A stretch of DNA of 64,000 nucleotides from Nemertoderma westbladi (Eukaryota > Animalia > Xenacoelomorpha), in contig JAUCBJ010008562.1 in the NCBI GenBank assembly GCA_032718475.1, positions 64,484 to 128,483 on the forward strand. The letters run 5' to 3'. The notes below the pieces were generated by a model. It was given only the letters and a program-made list of their open reading frames with translations, was not told the origin of the DNA and did not search any database. Position 1 is the first letter of the stretch, and every line of letters starts with the position of its first letter. Both the position numbers and the translations under genes were made by a program. Positions 61,736-64,000 of this stretch are shown piece by piece.

Positions 61736-63121
61736 CATATCATTCTTAAAATATATGATATTTATGGTACGTAGGAATTATGTTTTACCTTTTTTGGTGG
61801 CTAAATCTACTACTGACTTGGCTGATCACCATGTGCGGACACCGGTCAGGTCATGATCTCATGCAGCATGCAGGGACAAGGTGTAAACTGGAAAGCCTAT
61901 AAATCAAAGTTTTAGGAGATAGGGCCCTTAACAAACGGCAGTCAGTAGAGGTAGGCTGCCTGAGTGCAGCAAGCAACACTAATAAAGTTTTTTGATAAGC
62001 CAGTAGTCTTTATCAGTAAACGGAGGGAGGGGTGGAGATAATATGTAGGTAGTGGTAGTTAATTTGGGGGCAGTGTTACTAATTTGGGCACATTCTTCTG
62101 TTTCTACTTAGAAAAAACAGGGTTTGGATATAGATTATTATCAAATGAATATAAAGTAGGAGGGACATAAAATGCGTGTTTTTAGGATATAAGCAGAGTT
62201 TTGGCATGTTACTTACCTACAGAACAGTTAAAACCGTGAGTAGTAAGATGAACCCCTTTTCGGCGACAGTTAGACCAACTTCACACCTTAGGTGTTAATT
62301 AGGTCATTAATTAATTATTGGTCGATTAAACAATTAATTAATTGTTTAATCGATCGATTTGTATCAAATAATGTTGCCAAAGGCAATTTAATTTGACATA
62401 AATCAATCAGGGACGCGCAATGAATAGATTGTACTACAGTAGATGAAATATACAATACAATAGGAACAATAATACAATATACAGTACATTTGTATTATAT
62501 TTGTCATACAGTAGAAGGTAAAGGTAGAATGAAATATAAAGATGCGAGGGGGCCCAAAACATAAATTAGCCTCACACGAAAATAAAATGGACCAGTTTGG
62601 CCCTGGTTCAATCCCTCAATAATCTGCGGCTGTTTGGGCTCTTATTAGACGTAGCATGACTAACCCCATTGAATCCTATGTTGAGTTATACTGTATACCA
62701 ACGTGGGGCTGCCACAAAGTTTAAATTATTTAAACCTCCAGCTTCGTTATCATGTAGACCATTGTCAAATCGCCTAAGAAAATTATAATAAACATCTGGT
62801 TTGCAATATATTGCATTCTTTCACATTGTGTTGTGAAGCAGCCTGCGCGCCTGATCGCACATAATTAAATAATTAATCATAAGTTATATACAGTTTATCT
62901 TCAATTTATTGAATTTGTTTTTATTTATAACCCTAATTGTTCTACTGTATTATAATTTATGTTTTATTATAACAAGCTATATCCTGTTAATCTTTATTAA
63001 TTTTATTTGTACTGAGGTTTTCGAGGGCGCTGTTTCCAATGGTCCTACTCTCAAAACGATCTAACCTACTGTATAATTGATTACTTAAGTCTGCGAAATA
63101 TGCGTAAGTAACAAATATCGT

Positions 63122-63700
63122 CCACAGCCACAGCCACAGCCACAGCCACAGCCACAGCCACAGCCACAGCCACAGCCACAGCCACAGCCACAGCCACAGC
63201 CACAGCCACAGCCACAGCCACAGCCACAGCCACAGCCACAGCCACAGCCACAGCCACAGCCACAGCCACAGCCACAGCCTCAGCCACCGCCACAGCCACA
63301 GCCACAGCCACAGCCACAGCCACAGCCACAGCCACAGCCACAGCCACAGCCACAGCCACAGCCACAGCCACAGCCACAGCCACAGCCACAGCCACAGCCA
63401 CAACCACAGCCACAACCACAGCCACAGCCACAGCCACAACCACAGCCACAGCCACAGCCACAGCCACAGCCACAGCCACAGCCACAGCCACAGCCACAGC
63501 CACAGCCACAACCACAACTACAGCCACAGCCACAGCCACAGCCACAGCCACAGCCACAGCCACAGCCACAGCCACAGCCACAGCCACAGCCACAGCCACA
63601 GCCACAGCCACAGCCACAGCCACAGCCACAACCACAGCCACAGCCACAGCCACAGCCACAGCCTCAGCCTCAGCCACAGCCACAGCCACAGCCTCAGCCT
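63122..63700. repeat. (CCACAG)n hexamer microsatellite, ~96 units
   Basis: Direct reading; occasional CCACAA and CCTCAG variants. Confidence 0.98.
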
Positions 63701-64000
63701 CACCTTCAGCCACTTCATTGTCAAATACGCCTGAGAAAAATTCAAGAAACATCTGGTTTGCAATAGATTATTCTTTTTTCACAACTCCATTCTAGCCTCC
63801 CTCTATAATAGCCCCCATTCACTGCATTCCCATTCATTCTCTAATTTTCATTTTTAAAAGTTTTATTTATTTTAATAAAAGTTTTATTTATTTAAAATTT
63901 TGTAAAATCATTTATCGAAAATTCAATACTATTAATTGCTATTGCTATATAATGCCTAGTTATGAAAAATGCATGGTTTGTGATAAAGAAATGAGACGAG

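Noticed and set aside
62987-63763. Poly-WL and poly-VA ORFs
   Set aside because: Artefacts of a stop-free hexamer microsatellite.

Overview
Eukaryotic DNA, almost certainly from an invertebrate animal (it carries a Nin-domain tRNA-SINE plus BEL/Pao, Mag-like Gypsy, CRE, RTE-X and Crack-like elements). The window is dominated by nested transposons. From 3 to 35 kb, five LTR internal regions all lie on the minus strand. These are a BEL element encoding only a ~2,000-codon Gag-protease, a PBS/PPT-bracketed unit with a ~730-codon unknown ORF, a full degenerate BEL with a tandemly duplicated N-terminus, a young internally deleted Gypsy, and a truncated second BEL. Except for the Gypsy, each is flanked by LTRs that do not match each other. 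From 35 to 64 kb there is a tandem Helentron/HINE-like pair in which a 5'-truncated LINE landed in frame, giving an uninterrupted 745-aa chimeric RT ORF. This half also holds several MITEs and palindromes, a decayed Mag-like Gypsy, and a full-length Gypsy-like element with an IADD RT motif, CG...CG termini and an apparent 3-bp TSD. It ends with one likely host gene (512 aa: FPSTS repeat array, WRPW, two PH-like domains) and a (CCACAG)n array. All family calls come from motif recognition by eye; no searches were run.
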